A stretch of 64,000 nt of DNA. Origin: Kofleriaceae bacterium (GTDB lineage: Bacteria > Myxococcota_A > Polyangia > Haliangiales > Haliangiaceae). Under the pieces are notes generated by a model. It was given only the letters and a program-made list of their open reading frames with translations, did no database searches and had not been told where the DNA came from. The translations under genes and the position numbers were made by a program. Each line of letters begins with the position of its first letter. The first letter of the stretch is position 1. The stretch is from the NCBI GenBank assembly GCA_965215005.1, contig CBDCCZ010000019.1, forward strand, positions 1 to 64,000. Reading direction: 5' to 3'. Of the stretch, positions 20,099-29,193 are shown piece by piece.

Positions 20099-21325
20099 TC
20101 AGCCCCTCACCGCGTCGAAACCCGCCATGGATTGAAAGTCACCGACGACAGCGCGGAGCTCGGCCTCGGTTGCCACTTCGTCGAGCGAGGTGAAGCCCTC
20201 AGGTGCACGAGCTTCGACAAGGTCGATCACCCGCTCGGGCCCGCCCTCGCGATTGGCGCGCACGATGGCTGCCGTCGCCGGGCGCCTCTCAGCCTCGTAG
20301 GCCCCGAGCCCCTCGTCGGGGCCGCGCTCGGCAAGGTGGCCCGCGAGCGAGACGGCGTCGAGCACCGCCTGCGAGGCGCCGTTCGAACCTACAGGGTACA
20401 TCGGGTGCGCCGCGTCGCCGAGGAGCGTGACGCGCCCGTTGGTCCAGCGTGGAAGAGGGTCGCGATCGCACATGGGGTAGACCCAGATGCCGTCGGTCGC
20501 GTGGATCAAGGCGGGCAGGTCGAGTTCGGGGACGGACAGGCGCCCGGTGACATGGGCCATGACATCGGCAAGTCGGCCAGTACCCTGCCAGTCGTCGCGA
20601 TGGGGCAAAGGGTCCGAAGGCTCAGCTACCTTGGCGCAGACGACCCAATTCATCAGCGTCTCGCCCGGGCGGCTCTCGTCCACTGCGATGGGGTAGAGCA
20701 CGAGCTTGGCGCGCATGCCACCCGCCACGATCATCGTGCGTCCGTCCCCGAAGGGCGCCCACCAGAGCGCGCCGCGCCACATCACGACGCCGGACCAAGA
20801 GGGCGGGCCCTCCTCATGCCAGGTCCCACGCACCACGGAGTGAATGCCGTCGGCGCCGACAAGCGCGTCGGCGCATATTTCGCGAGGACCCTCGGGCGTT
20901 TCGAACCGGGCCCAGGCCCTGTCCCCGTCCGTCCCTTGCTCGGTCAGCCGGTGGCTCGTGTGCACCGCGTCCTCGCCCAGCCGCCTGCGCACCGCCTCGA
21001 GGAGGAGCCGCTGGAGCCGCCCGCGGTGGATCGAGAACTGCGGCGCGTCCAGTCCCGCGTCGAAACCACGGGGCTGGCGCAGGATGTCCCGGCCGTCCGC
21101 GGTCTTGTAGACGAGCCAACGCGTGCGGATGCCGGTGCGGTCCAAGGCGGGCAGGAGACCCCAGCGCTCGAGATGCGCGATGGCGTGGGGCAGGACGTTG
21201 ATGCCCACGCCGAGCTCGCGGACCTCCGGCTGGCGCTCGTACACCGTCGCCTCGATGCCGCGCTCGTGCAGCGCTAGCGCCAGCGCCAGGCCGCCCACGC
21301 CCCCACCTGCGATTGCGACTTTCAT
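20099..21325 (-). CDS. FAD-dependent monooxygenase (group A aromatic hydroxylase-like)
   Basis: IAGGGVGG, IHRG, GADGIHS and GDAAHPMYPVGSNG. Confidence 0.92.
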   Translation of the reverse strand: MKVAIAGGGVGGLALALALHERGIEATVYERQPEVRELGVGINVLPHAIAHLERWGLLPALDRTGIRTRWLVYKTADGRDILRQPRGFDAGLDAPQFSIHRGRLQRLLLEAVRRRLGEDAVHTSHRLTEQGTDGDRAWARFETPEGPREICADALVGADGIHSVVRGTWHEEGPPSWSGVVMWRGALWWAPFGDGRTMIVAGGMRAKLVLYPIAVDESRPGETLMNWVVCAKVAEPSDPLPHRDDWQGTGRLADVMAHVTGRLSVPELDLPALIHATDGIWVYPMCDRDPLPRWTNGRVTLLGDAAHPMYPVGSNGASQAVLDAVSLAGHLAERGPDEGLGAYEAERRPATAAIVRANREGGPERVIDLVEARAPEGFTSLDEVATEAELRAVVGDFQSMAGFDAVRG

Positions 21326-21339
21326 GGGGCTTCGCTCCG

Positions 21340-21675
21340 GCGCAAGACAAGATTGCCCCGCCGCGCCCGCGCCCAGGATGACCACCCTCTCGGGAGGCTC
21401 GGCGGTTCGGCGGCGGGGCCGCGCCGCTCGGGTCGCGCCGGCCTCCCCGTCACGTGGATGCGGCTGTCTCGCTCCTCGACCGCGAAGCAAGGCAGCGGCT
21501 CGAAGGACGAGGCGCCCACCGGCTCGCCTGTCGCCACGGCGAAGCGCGCTTGGTGCCACAGGCAATGGACCTGGCCGCCTGCGAGCACAGCGTCCTCAAG
21601 CAAGTCCGAGGCCACGACGCCAGCGCGGAAGTCCGGCCCCGCGTCGTCGACGCTCCCGTCGTCGTCCTCGCTCAT
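21340..21675 (-). pseudogene. Remnant of a Rieske/FAD oxidoreductase (AIF-like)
   Basis: GPDFRAGV..., then only the second Rieske motif VHCLWHQARF..TGE, then LPCFAVEE, then frameshifted ERVVILGAGAAG before truncation. Confidence 0.7.
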
Positions 21676-21973
21676 GGTGTGTTTCCTACCCTCCATCGAA
21701 CACCCCGAGGGCGGGCTCGGCCGGTCCCTACCCTGCGGTCTGGGATGGAGGCTAACCCGTCGCCGGCGCGGGCGCGATAGGCGAGGCAGCAGGCCCTGTT
21801 CGTATCGTCGGATCGTGATGTGCTAAGGCGTGGAATGAGTTGCGAGCCGTCTATCGAAAACACGTCGGTCATGGCGAACGGCCTTGTTGCGCAAATCGGC
21901 TGAGGGCTGTGCGCCCCCTTTCCCCGGTGGGAGTTATGCGGCAGGCCGCGTAATGGGATGCCGAGGGCGGTGT

Positions 21974-22037
21974 TGATCCGCCCCCACTGAAGTGGTCCGC
22001 CCTGAGGTATGGCTCATCGAGCCAGGGAGGACGGATC
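21974..22037 (+). mobile_element. Solo left end of an IS3-family element
   Basis: TGATCCGCCCCCA..GAAGTGGTC.GCCCTGA..ATGGCTCATCGAGCC..GGAGGACGGATC closely matches the reverse complement of ~57943-58006. Confidence 0.85.
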
Positions 22038-22263
22038 ACTGCAGAAGGCCGAGAAGGTCGAGCGCTACGGCGGGGGCGATCGCCTTGCGAGCCGCGAGGG
22101 TGCGCAGGGCGGTGGCCGCCTCGACCCGTAGGAGCGACGGGGTGGCCAGGTCGCGGCCCTTCAGCGCGAGGGCTGCCTCGCTGCCCTCCTCCTCGACCAC
22201 CCACTTGAGCGCCACGGAGGCGTCCACGACCAGGGCCGCGTCCGGGGCCTCCGCCGGGCTCAC
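22036..22263 (-). pseudogene. vapC: Truncated VapC PIN toxin
   Basis: LVVDASVALKWVVEEEGS...PSLLRVE, ending after about 75 aa at the IS end. Confidence 0.8.
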
Positions 22264-22508
22264 GCCCCGCGCGTCTCGTCGCGGTCGCGGCCCCGCCGCA
22301 GGAGCTCGGTCGTGCTGGGGGTGCCGGGGGGCGGCTTGACGCGCCGCGCGCGGGCGGCCTCGAAGAAGTCGGTGCCCCTTCTGGCCCGCAGGGCCTCCTC
22401 CAGGATGTGGCGGTGCTCGGCCTCGGCCGAGCGCCCGGCGCGCGCGGCGCGGGCCTTGAGCGCGGCGGCGAACTCGTCGGGCACGCCCCGGACGGTGAGC
22501 TGGGCCAT
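22260..22508 (-). CDS. FitA-like RHH antitoxin
   Basis: MAQLTVRGVPDE...LKARAARAGRSAEAEHRHILEEAL. Confidence 0.88.
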   Translation of the reverse strand: MAQLTVRGVPDEFAAALKARAARAGRSAEAEHRHILEEALRARRGTDFFEAARARRVKPPPGTPSTTELLRRGRDRDETRGA

Positions 22509-22658
22509 GGCGAGGAACCTCGTGCGGTCGTAGCGCAGGCAACATGCCTGCGTGGTGCTCCGACCGCAACGGGAGCTCCCACGAGCGCTTCCGGCGGCCC
22601 TGTGGAGCCCCCTCCCGCCCGGGGCAAGCCACGCCCTCCTCGCGCTGCCAGACGGCCA

Positions 22659-23912
22659 TCACCGAGGCCCCGAGGTCGAGCGCGCCGGCGCGCCTCCGCC
22701 CGGCGGCGGGGCCGCGTGGCGGACCGCCGCGTCCCACGTCACGCGCGACACCCCGGCGAGCCGGGCCGTCCGGGCGAGGGCCGCTTCCAGCCGCGCCATT
22801 CGCCCCGGCCCGAACCGCACGCCGGCCTCCGGCCAGAGCGCGTCGACGCGCAGCGCGTCGCGCGCCCGGTCGGCCCTCATGTCGATCCGGCCGACGAGGC
22901 GCGCACCCTCGAGGATGGGGAAGACGTAGTAGCCGTACCGCCGCCTGGCCTTCGGCACGAAGACCTCGATGCGGTAGGAGAAGCCGAAGAGCCGCTCCGC
23001 TCGCCTGCGGTCCCGCAGCGCGGGGTCGAAGGGGCTGAGGACGCGCAGCCGGCCCGCGGGCTCGGGCGGCGCCTCGTCGAGCGTGGCGGGCCGGACGTGG
23101 GACCGCCGCCATCGGCCGTCGATCTGCCCGATCTCGGCCAGCGCGATCTCCCCACGTGCCAGGGAGCCCTGGCACCAGGCCTTGGCCTCCGCGGGGGTGA
23201 CGATGTCCCAGAAGGCCGCAAGCTCCCCCGAGGTCGCGAAGCCCAGCCGGTCGAGCGCCGCCCCGCAGGCCCAGTCCACCGTCTGCTGGGCGCTCGGGCG
23301 CGGGCCGAGGTGCTCAGGCGGGATCACGCGCTCGGTCAGGTCGTAGACCTTGCGGAACGAGGCGTCGCGCCGCGTCACCGCCAGGCGGCCCGTCCGCCAC
23401 AGGTACTCGAGCGCGGCCTTCGAGGGGTGCCAGTCCCACCACCCTCCCTTCGGGCGCTCCTCGCCCTCGCCCACGTCGGAGGACGAGCACGGGCCCTGAT
23501 CGGCGATCCGGCGCAGGACGACGTCGAGCTTGTCCTCGAAGCCCCGCCGTCCCCACGCCCGCCACCGCGCGGCGAGCTGCTCCTCGTAGTGGCGGAACTT
23601 GAGCCGCCAGTGCGGGAAGAGGCGCATCGGGACGAGGCTCGCGTCGTGGGTCCAGTGCTCGAAGACCCCGCGGTCGCGCTCGTGCAGCAGGGTCAGCGCC
23701 CGCGGCCGGTAGGCCGGCCGGCGGGCGTGCAGGATCATGTGGTGGGCGCGCGCCACGGTGGCGATCGAGTCGACCTGGACGAAGCCCAAGTCCTCGATCA
23801 GGTCCTGGAGGTCGGCGCCCCGGCCGGGCCCGGACGACGGGTCCGCGAGCCCATGGCGGCCGAGGAAGATCGCGCGCGCCTTGGCGTTGTCGATGCGGGG
23901 GAGCGCGGCCAT
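22659..23912 (-). CDS. ycaQ: YcaQ/AlkZ-family (HTH_42) crosslink-repair DNA glycosylase
   Basis: FVQVDSI..VARAH, FEHWTHDAS, GWWDW, LSPFDP and YRIEVFVP..RRYGYYV. Confidence 0.88.
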   Translation of the reverse strand: MAALPRIDNAKARAIFLGRHGLADPSSGPGRGADLQDLIEDLGFVQVDSIATVARAHHMILHARRPAYRPRALTLLHERDRGVFEHWTHDASLVPMRLFPHWRLKFRHYEEQLAARWRAWGRRGFEDKLDVVLRRIADQGPCSSSDVGEGEERPKGGWWDWHPSKAALEYLWRTGRLAVTRRDASFRKVYDLTERVIPPEHLGPRPSAQQTVDWACGAALDRLGFATSGELAAFWDIVTPAEAKAWCQGSLARGEIALAEIGQIDGRWRRSHVRPATLDEAPPEPAGRLRVLSPFDPALRDRRRAERLFGFSYRIEVFVPKARRRYGYYVFPILEGARLVGRIDMRADRARDALRVDALWPEAGVRFGPGRMARLEAALARTARLAGVSRVTWDAAVRHAAPPPGGGAPARSTSGPR

Positions 23913-24124
23913 CCCAGCGCCATAGCAGAACGCCTCGCCGGGGTCGCCTCGCGCCGGCGGCACCAGCCGGGAAACCCGGGGGACCGTGAAGCCCCGGGGG
24001 GTGGACGACCTCCTCGCCCCTGCCCTTCCCATTGCGCCCGCCCGCGGGCCGTGCGCCGCGACGTCCCATCTCCCGCATGAGTCGTGCTACGCTGGAACCA
24101 CGGCAGAACACGGGAGGAGAACGC

Positions 24125-24994
24125 ATGCTCAGGCCCAACCAAGCCGCGGCCCTGGCCGCGCTGATCGCGACGCCCCTGTGGGCGCAGGACGAGGCGGCCG
24201 AGGGGACGGAGGAGGCGCCCCGGCTCAACCGGCTCGTGGAGAAGCTCGCCGCGGGCGAGGCCGTCGAGGGGGAGTTCTACAACCGGGTCGAGTTCAACTC
24301 CGCCCGCGAGACCCGCGGCTCGGACCTCGACTACGTCATCATCGACATGGAGCATCACCCCTTCGACGTGGACGGCCTGCGCCAGCTCATCGTCAACCTG
24401 CGCGCCGGCGACGGCACCTACCCCGTCACGCCCATCGTGCGCATCGGAGCGCCCGGCAGCGAGATCGCGAGCAACCACTGGATGGTCAAGCAGGTGCTCG
24501 ACGCGGGCGCCATGGGGATCATGGTGCCGTTCGTGAACACCGCCGAGGAGGCGCGCCAGGCGGTGATGGGCATGCGCTACCCGCCCACGACGGACGACGC
24601 CCAGCCCGAGCCCCGCGGGCGGCGCGGCTGGTCACCCTCGGTGGCGGCCGACGCGTGGAACCTGGAGACCCAGGACTACGCCCAACGTGCCGATCTCTGG
24701 CCGCTCGACCCGGAGGGCGAGATGCTGCTCGCGGTGCAGATCGAGAGCGAGCAGGGCATCGACAACCTCGCCGAGATCCTGGCCGTCCCGGGCGTGGGCG
24801 CGGCCTTCATCGGGCCCGCGGATCTCCACGCCGACATGGGGCATCTCGGAGAGACCGGCGTGCCGGAGGTGGAGGCGCGGATGACCGACGCGCTCGCCGC
24901 CGCGCAGGAGGCCGGCGTGCCGATCGGGCTCACCCCCGCGGGCCGCACGATCGAGGAGCGCGTCGAGCAGGGCTTCACCTTCAACACCCGCTGA
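24125..24994 (+). CDS. HpcH/HpaI aldolase family protein with N-terminal signal peptide
   Basis: IDMEH, PIVR, LDAGAMG, QIES and FIGPADL. N-terminus MLRPNQAAALAALIATPLWA-QD. Confidence 0.85.
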   Translation: MLRPNQAAALAALIATPLWAQDEAAEGTEEAPRLNRLVEKLAAGEAVEGEFYNRVEFNSARETRGSDLDYVIIDMEHHPFDVDGLRQLIVNLRAGDGTYPVTPIVRIGAPGSEIASNHWMVKQVLDAGAMGIMVPFVNTAEEARQAVMGMRYPPTTDDAQPEPRGRRGWSPSVAADAWNLETQDYAQRADLWPLDPEGEMLLAVQIESEQGIDNLAEILAVPGVGAAFIGPADLHADMGHLGETGVPEVEARMTDALAAAQEAGVPIGLTPAGRTIEERVEQGFTFNTR

Positions 24995-25042
24995 GGGCGG
25001 AGCGGGGCGGCGGCTCGGACGGGTGGCGAGCCCCGTGCCCCG

Positions 25043-25855
25043 TCAGCCGCAGAGCGCCGCCCTGAGGGCCTCCAGTCCCTCGGCCTCGGCCGCGGGCGGC
25101 TCGAGCCCGTGGCTCCGCGCCACGCGCGCGAAGCGCAGCACGTACTCGCAGCGGGCCTCCTCGTCGGGCGGCAGCCAGGCCAGCGGCCCGCGCGCGCCCT
25201 TCGAGCGGTTCACCCGTGCCTCGGTGGGGATCAGGTTCGCCGGGTCGTTGGCGAAGGCCTCGCGGGCGGCCTCGTCCCACCCGTCCGCACCGCGCGCCCA
25301 GGCGTAGGCCAACGGCACCACGTGATCGACGTCGAGGCCCCCGGCGTCGAGATGCACGGCCCCCGTGTAGGGGTCGATCCACCGGCCGCGCTCGACCTCG
25401 CAGCCGCCCGCCGACCAGCGCACCGGGACCGTGGAGAGCTCCGCCAAGACCTCGTGGCGCGTCGAGCGGCAGTCGCCGTCGGCGTCGGCCCAGCCCCCGA
25501 ACAGCGCGCGGTCGTAGCGCGGCCCATCCTCCTCTGGGGAGGGCACGGGGGACACCCTCGCCGCGGCGGGCGCGTCGCAGTCCCCCTGCCCGACCTTCGG
25601 GTGCCGCCCGCCCGTGGCGAGGCAGCTCTCGATCGAGGGAAAGGGCGTGAAGCGCAGGGTGCGCTCCCAGTACGCCCCGCCCGGGCAGTGGCAGATGCCC
25701 CCGCGCGAGAGCTTCACCTGCGCCGGCGCGGCGGAAGGCAGCCCGGCCAGCACGAGCGCGGCCAAGGCCAGGGCGGCGGCCGAGAGCGCCGCCGCGCGGG
25801 ATCGCAGGTGTCGCCACTTCCTCATGGCGCGGGGCCCTGGACGGCCCGCCTGCAC
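25043..25855 (-). CDS. Exported DUF1524-type HNH nuclease with N-terminal Cys/His domain
   Basis: Hydrophobic leader, KLSRGGICHC...CLATGGRHPK domain, then DGDCRSTRHEVL, WIDPYTG, LDVDHVVPL, FANDPANL and NRSKG. The start may be 25825. Confidence 0.88.
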   Translation of the reverse strand: MQAGRPGPRAMRKWRHLRSRAAALSAAALALAALVLAGLPSAAPAQVKLSRGGICHCPGGAYWERTLRFTPFPSIESCLATGGRHPKVGQGDCDAPAAARVSPVPSPEEDGPRYDRALFGGWADADGDCRSTRHEVLAELSTVPVRWSAGGCEVERGRWIDPYTGAVHLDAGGLDVDHVVPLAYAWARGADGWDEAAREAFANDPANLIPTEARVNRSKGARGPLAWLPPDEEARCEYVLRFARVARSHGLEPPAAEAEGLEALRAALCG

Positions 25856-25916
25856 GAACCATGACCGAGGCCGGGCGTCATCAAGGCCATCGACGCGAAC
25901 GCCCCAGGTCTCCGCC

Positions 25917-27669
25917 TCACCTCATCCCGTCCTTCCCTGACGCCCCCGGCGTCCACTCCGCGACGCGCTGGTCGGCCCGGATCGCCAGCCGCCGGACCCG
26001 CAGCCCCGCGAACACCGCCTCGAGCGGGACCGGCGCGCCGGGGACGGCTTCGCCCCCGAGGGACAGCGACGCCGCGGCCTCCGCGAGGAGCCGCTCGGCG
26101 GTGGCCTCGTCGCGTCGGCGGTAGCCGCGCTCCCACCAGTCGAGCATCCGCTCGCGGCTCGCCTCCCAGCGCCGCGGCCGAGGGCAGCCGGTCGCGCTTC
26201 ATGTGCTGGTTCACCTTCCGGTCCGCGGGCAGGAGGTTCGACAGGTCCTCGCAGGGCCAGGCCGCCCAGGGTAGGCCGTGGTCGATGTCGAACCGTGCGT
26301 CCGCGAGCCGCCGCCCCGTCCAGATGCAGTGCAGCGGGCCGCGTGCGAGGAGCTCGCCGGCCGCCCGCCGCGCGAAGGCCACGTCGCGCGCGGGCTCGGC
26401 CCAGCGCATGGCGCGTGCCACCGCCCCGGGGTCGAGCGCCCGGCCCTGCCCGGCGGCGTAGCTTTCCATCAGCCGCGCCCACTCCGCCACCAGCGCGGGC
26501 TCGATCCAAGCCGCGTGCCGCCCGAGCGCGCGCCACAGGTGCAGCGGCACCCTGAGCTCGCCGAAGCGCCAGAGGTAGGCCTTGTCGAGGAGCATCGCCT
26601 CGGGCGCCCGACCGGCGCGACTGCGGACGGCCGGCATCACCGGGTCGGACGAGCCGGGGAACGTCATGAAGGTGGCCGGCATCCGCGCCACGGTGTCGGC
26701 CGCGTCGCGCAGCGCGGCGTGCAGCGCCTCGGCCGTCTCCCCCGCGAACCGAGCGCCGGGCCTGAGGTCGAGAGCCGCTAGATGCGCGATGCCGCGCTAG
26801 CCCTCCTTGGCGAAACCCAGGCCCTCGGGCCCGGCGTTCCTGGGCGCCTGGGGCAGCCCCGCCTCCACGAGCGGCTTGTAGAGCCGCAGCCAGTTCAGCG
26901 CCACGAGGCCCAGGGGCACCGCCACCGCGTCCTCGCCCGCGGGCCGCGCGAGCCCCCGCGCCCCGTCGGCGGCGCGCGCCACGGCGCGCAGCAGCCCCAG
27001 CTTGTAGGTCGCCGACTTCGCATCGGCCAAGATCACGTGGCGCAGGAGCGGCAGCGCCCCCGTGCCGTCGTCGGGCAGGCGCAGCGCCAGGTGGGACCAC
27101 GACACCCCCGCCCGGCCCTGCCGGTCAGGGGCGGCGCCCTCGCGGACCGCCACCAGCCCGTGCTCGCGGCCGAGCCGCGCGACCTCCTCGGCCGAGACCG
27201 GGTGCATGGCGCGCCCGGGCGGCGCGGGACCGTGGCGCAGGGTGAGGGCCATCGTGCCCCCAGGCCTCAGCAGCCCCACGAGCTTGCGCATGGTGCGCGC
27301 TCGCTCGCCGGGGGCCACGTGCTGCCACACCGCCGAGAGCAGGATCAGGTCGAAGCCCATGCCGAGGCGATGCACCGCCTCGAGCCCCGGTAGGTGGTCC
27401 TCGACCCAGGTGATCCGCGCCTCGGGGTGGCGCCGCCGCCCCTCCCCGCGCATGACGGCCGAGGGCTCGGCGGCGACGACCTCCAGGCCCCGCCCCGCGA
27501 GCCAGGCCGCGTCGCGCCCCGAGCCTGCGCCCACATCGAGCACGGCCGCGGGCACCGCGGGCAGCAGGTCCGTGAGCCAGGCGTGCACCGCCCCGGCGTC
27601 GAGGGCGTCGTACTCCTCCGCCAAACGTCGGCCCGCCTCGCCCTCGTAGCCCTCCCAGCTTCGCGCCAC
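25917..27669 (-). pseudogene. Class I SAM methyltransferase fused to a C-terminal HNH domain; in-frame TAG at 26797 and frameshift near 26165
   Basis: LDVGAGSGRD, SAVWQH and KSATYKLGL. The reading frame continues past the TAG (KEG*RGIAHL) into CIWTG...DIDH.LPW..WPC..L.NL...N..K. The tail is in ORF 25917..26147. Confidence 0.82.
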
Positions 27670-27690
27670 GCCGCCCTTCCCCCTCCTCGC

Positions 27691-28620
27691 TCAGACCTGT
27701 GCGCGGAAGAGCTCGAACCGCGTCGCCAGCCGCTCGCGGTCGGGGCGGTCGCGCTCCCGCGCCGGCAGGTGGATCGCCCGGCCGTGCAGCTCCTTCAGCG
27801 CCGCGAGGGTGGGGCCGTCGTCCTGCGCCATGAGCCGCTCGGAGACGTGGAGCCGGAAGTCGGGGTCCACCCCGATCAGCTGGGCGTCGAAGGCCGCGTG
27901 GTGGAGCTTCGACAGCGGCAGCCCGTTGGGCACCACGGGCTGACCCAGCGCCTCGTCGCGGTCGGCCACGATGTGCGCGGCGTCCAAGAGCCGCGCCTCG
28001 GGCAGGCGCGACAGCGCGCAGCGCCCCCCGTAGGCCGCGATCACCGCGGCGCGGAACTGCGCCTGGTGGAGGCGCTGCTGGACCCGGCGCAGGCCGTAGC
28101 GCCGCTCGGCCGCGGTCTCGGGGGGTGCGAGGACCACCCCCGCCCCCGCCGCCTCGCCGAAGACGATCCGGGCGCGCAGGCCGCGCGCGTCCCAACCGCC
28201 CACGAAGACGGGCCAGATCGCCTGGTAGCGCCCCGGCGCCACGCCCAGGAAGTAGAGGAGCGGCACGCCATTCTCATGGGCCTCGCGGAGCCAGCGGTTG
28301 TCGGCCGCCTCGGGATCCTGCCCCATGAAGGCGTAGTCCACCGCCTCCTTCCCCTCGTAGAGCTGCTCGTGCACCCGGCGCTGATCATCGTACCACACCC
28401 GGCCCCCGGGGCGGGGGAACACCGTCTTGATCGACAAGAGGTGGCGCATGGCGCGCGGCTTGAAGATGCCCCGCTGCGGGTTGATCAGCGGCACGCGCTC
28501 GCCTTCGAAGGCGAAGCCCCCTCGCAGGTGCTCGGCCATCAGGGTGTCGTGGCGTGCCGCGAGGCGCTCGACCTGGGCGAAGGCGGCGGCGCGCATGAGG
28601 GCGTCGCGGTCGTCGGTCAC
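27691..28620 (-). CDS. HNH endonuclease with an N-terminal putative DNA-reader domain
   Basis: C-terminal RLHQAQFR..VIAAY..RC, LDAAHI and NGLPLSKLHHAAFD. N-terminal GIFKP..LSIKT..YDD..DNRWL..PLLYF. Confidence 0.87.
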   Translation of the reverse strand: MTDDRDALMRAAAFAQVERLAARHDTLMAEHLRGGFAFEGERVPLINPQRGIFKPRAMRHLLSIKTVFPRPGGRVWYDDQRRVHEQLYEGKEAVDYAFMGQDPEAADNRWLREAHENGVPLLYFLGVAPGRYQAIWPVFVGGWDARGLRARIVFGEAAGAGVVLAPPETAAERRYGLRRVQQRLHQAQFRAAVIAAYGGRCALSRLPEARLLDAAHIVADRDEALGQPVVPNGLPLSKLHHAAFDAQLIGVDPDFRLHVSERLMAQDDGPTLAALKELHGRAIHLPARERDRPDRERLATRFELFRAQV

Positions 28621-29193
28621 CCTGCCCTGCCCCGGCGCATCCGCCTCACCGCCCCCGCATCCCCTGCTTGAAACAGGAACGCTGAAGCGGCGCCCTCGCT
28701 CAACCCCCCGTCAAGCCGGCGCGGCCAAAATCGCGTCATGGCGATCTGGTCGCTCGGACATCGCGGCCCCCCCTGGAGGACCCCGACGAGGGCTCGGGCT
28801 TCGTGCGCGCTGGCAGCGCAGCGGAGGCGCTGCGGCTCGCGGGGCACCCGGAGACGAACGTCGACCCCTGCTGCGACGACGTCGAGTTGCCGGCGTGGGC
28901 GGCGGTGTGGTTCGAGGGGCCGAACCGGCCTGCCCCCCCCCCGGAACCCCTGAGGCCGTCATAGGCGCTTCCTCGAGCTCGCGCCGGGCCGGGGGTGATC
29001 GCGCCCTCCGCTGGATCGGCGCTCGACCGGCGTCGAACTCCGCGCGGGGCGCTCGTTTTCATCCCGCTCCGCGTGCATCGTCGGGCTTGCCCGCACGCAG
29101 GCCGTAGCCCTACGCTCGTCCCGTGAGGACCGCCCGAGTTCCCGGCGGCGCCGGGACCGCGAGGTGGCCCCCCTTGGAGGAGGACCCCCACCC

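Noticed and set aside
28738..28963. Possible small frameshifted protein (GFVRAGSAAEAL...) with C homopolymers, phase variation considered
   Set aside because: No recognisable family, and homopolymer indels are likely errors.
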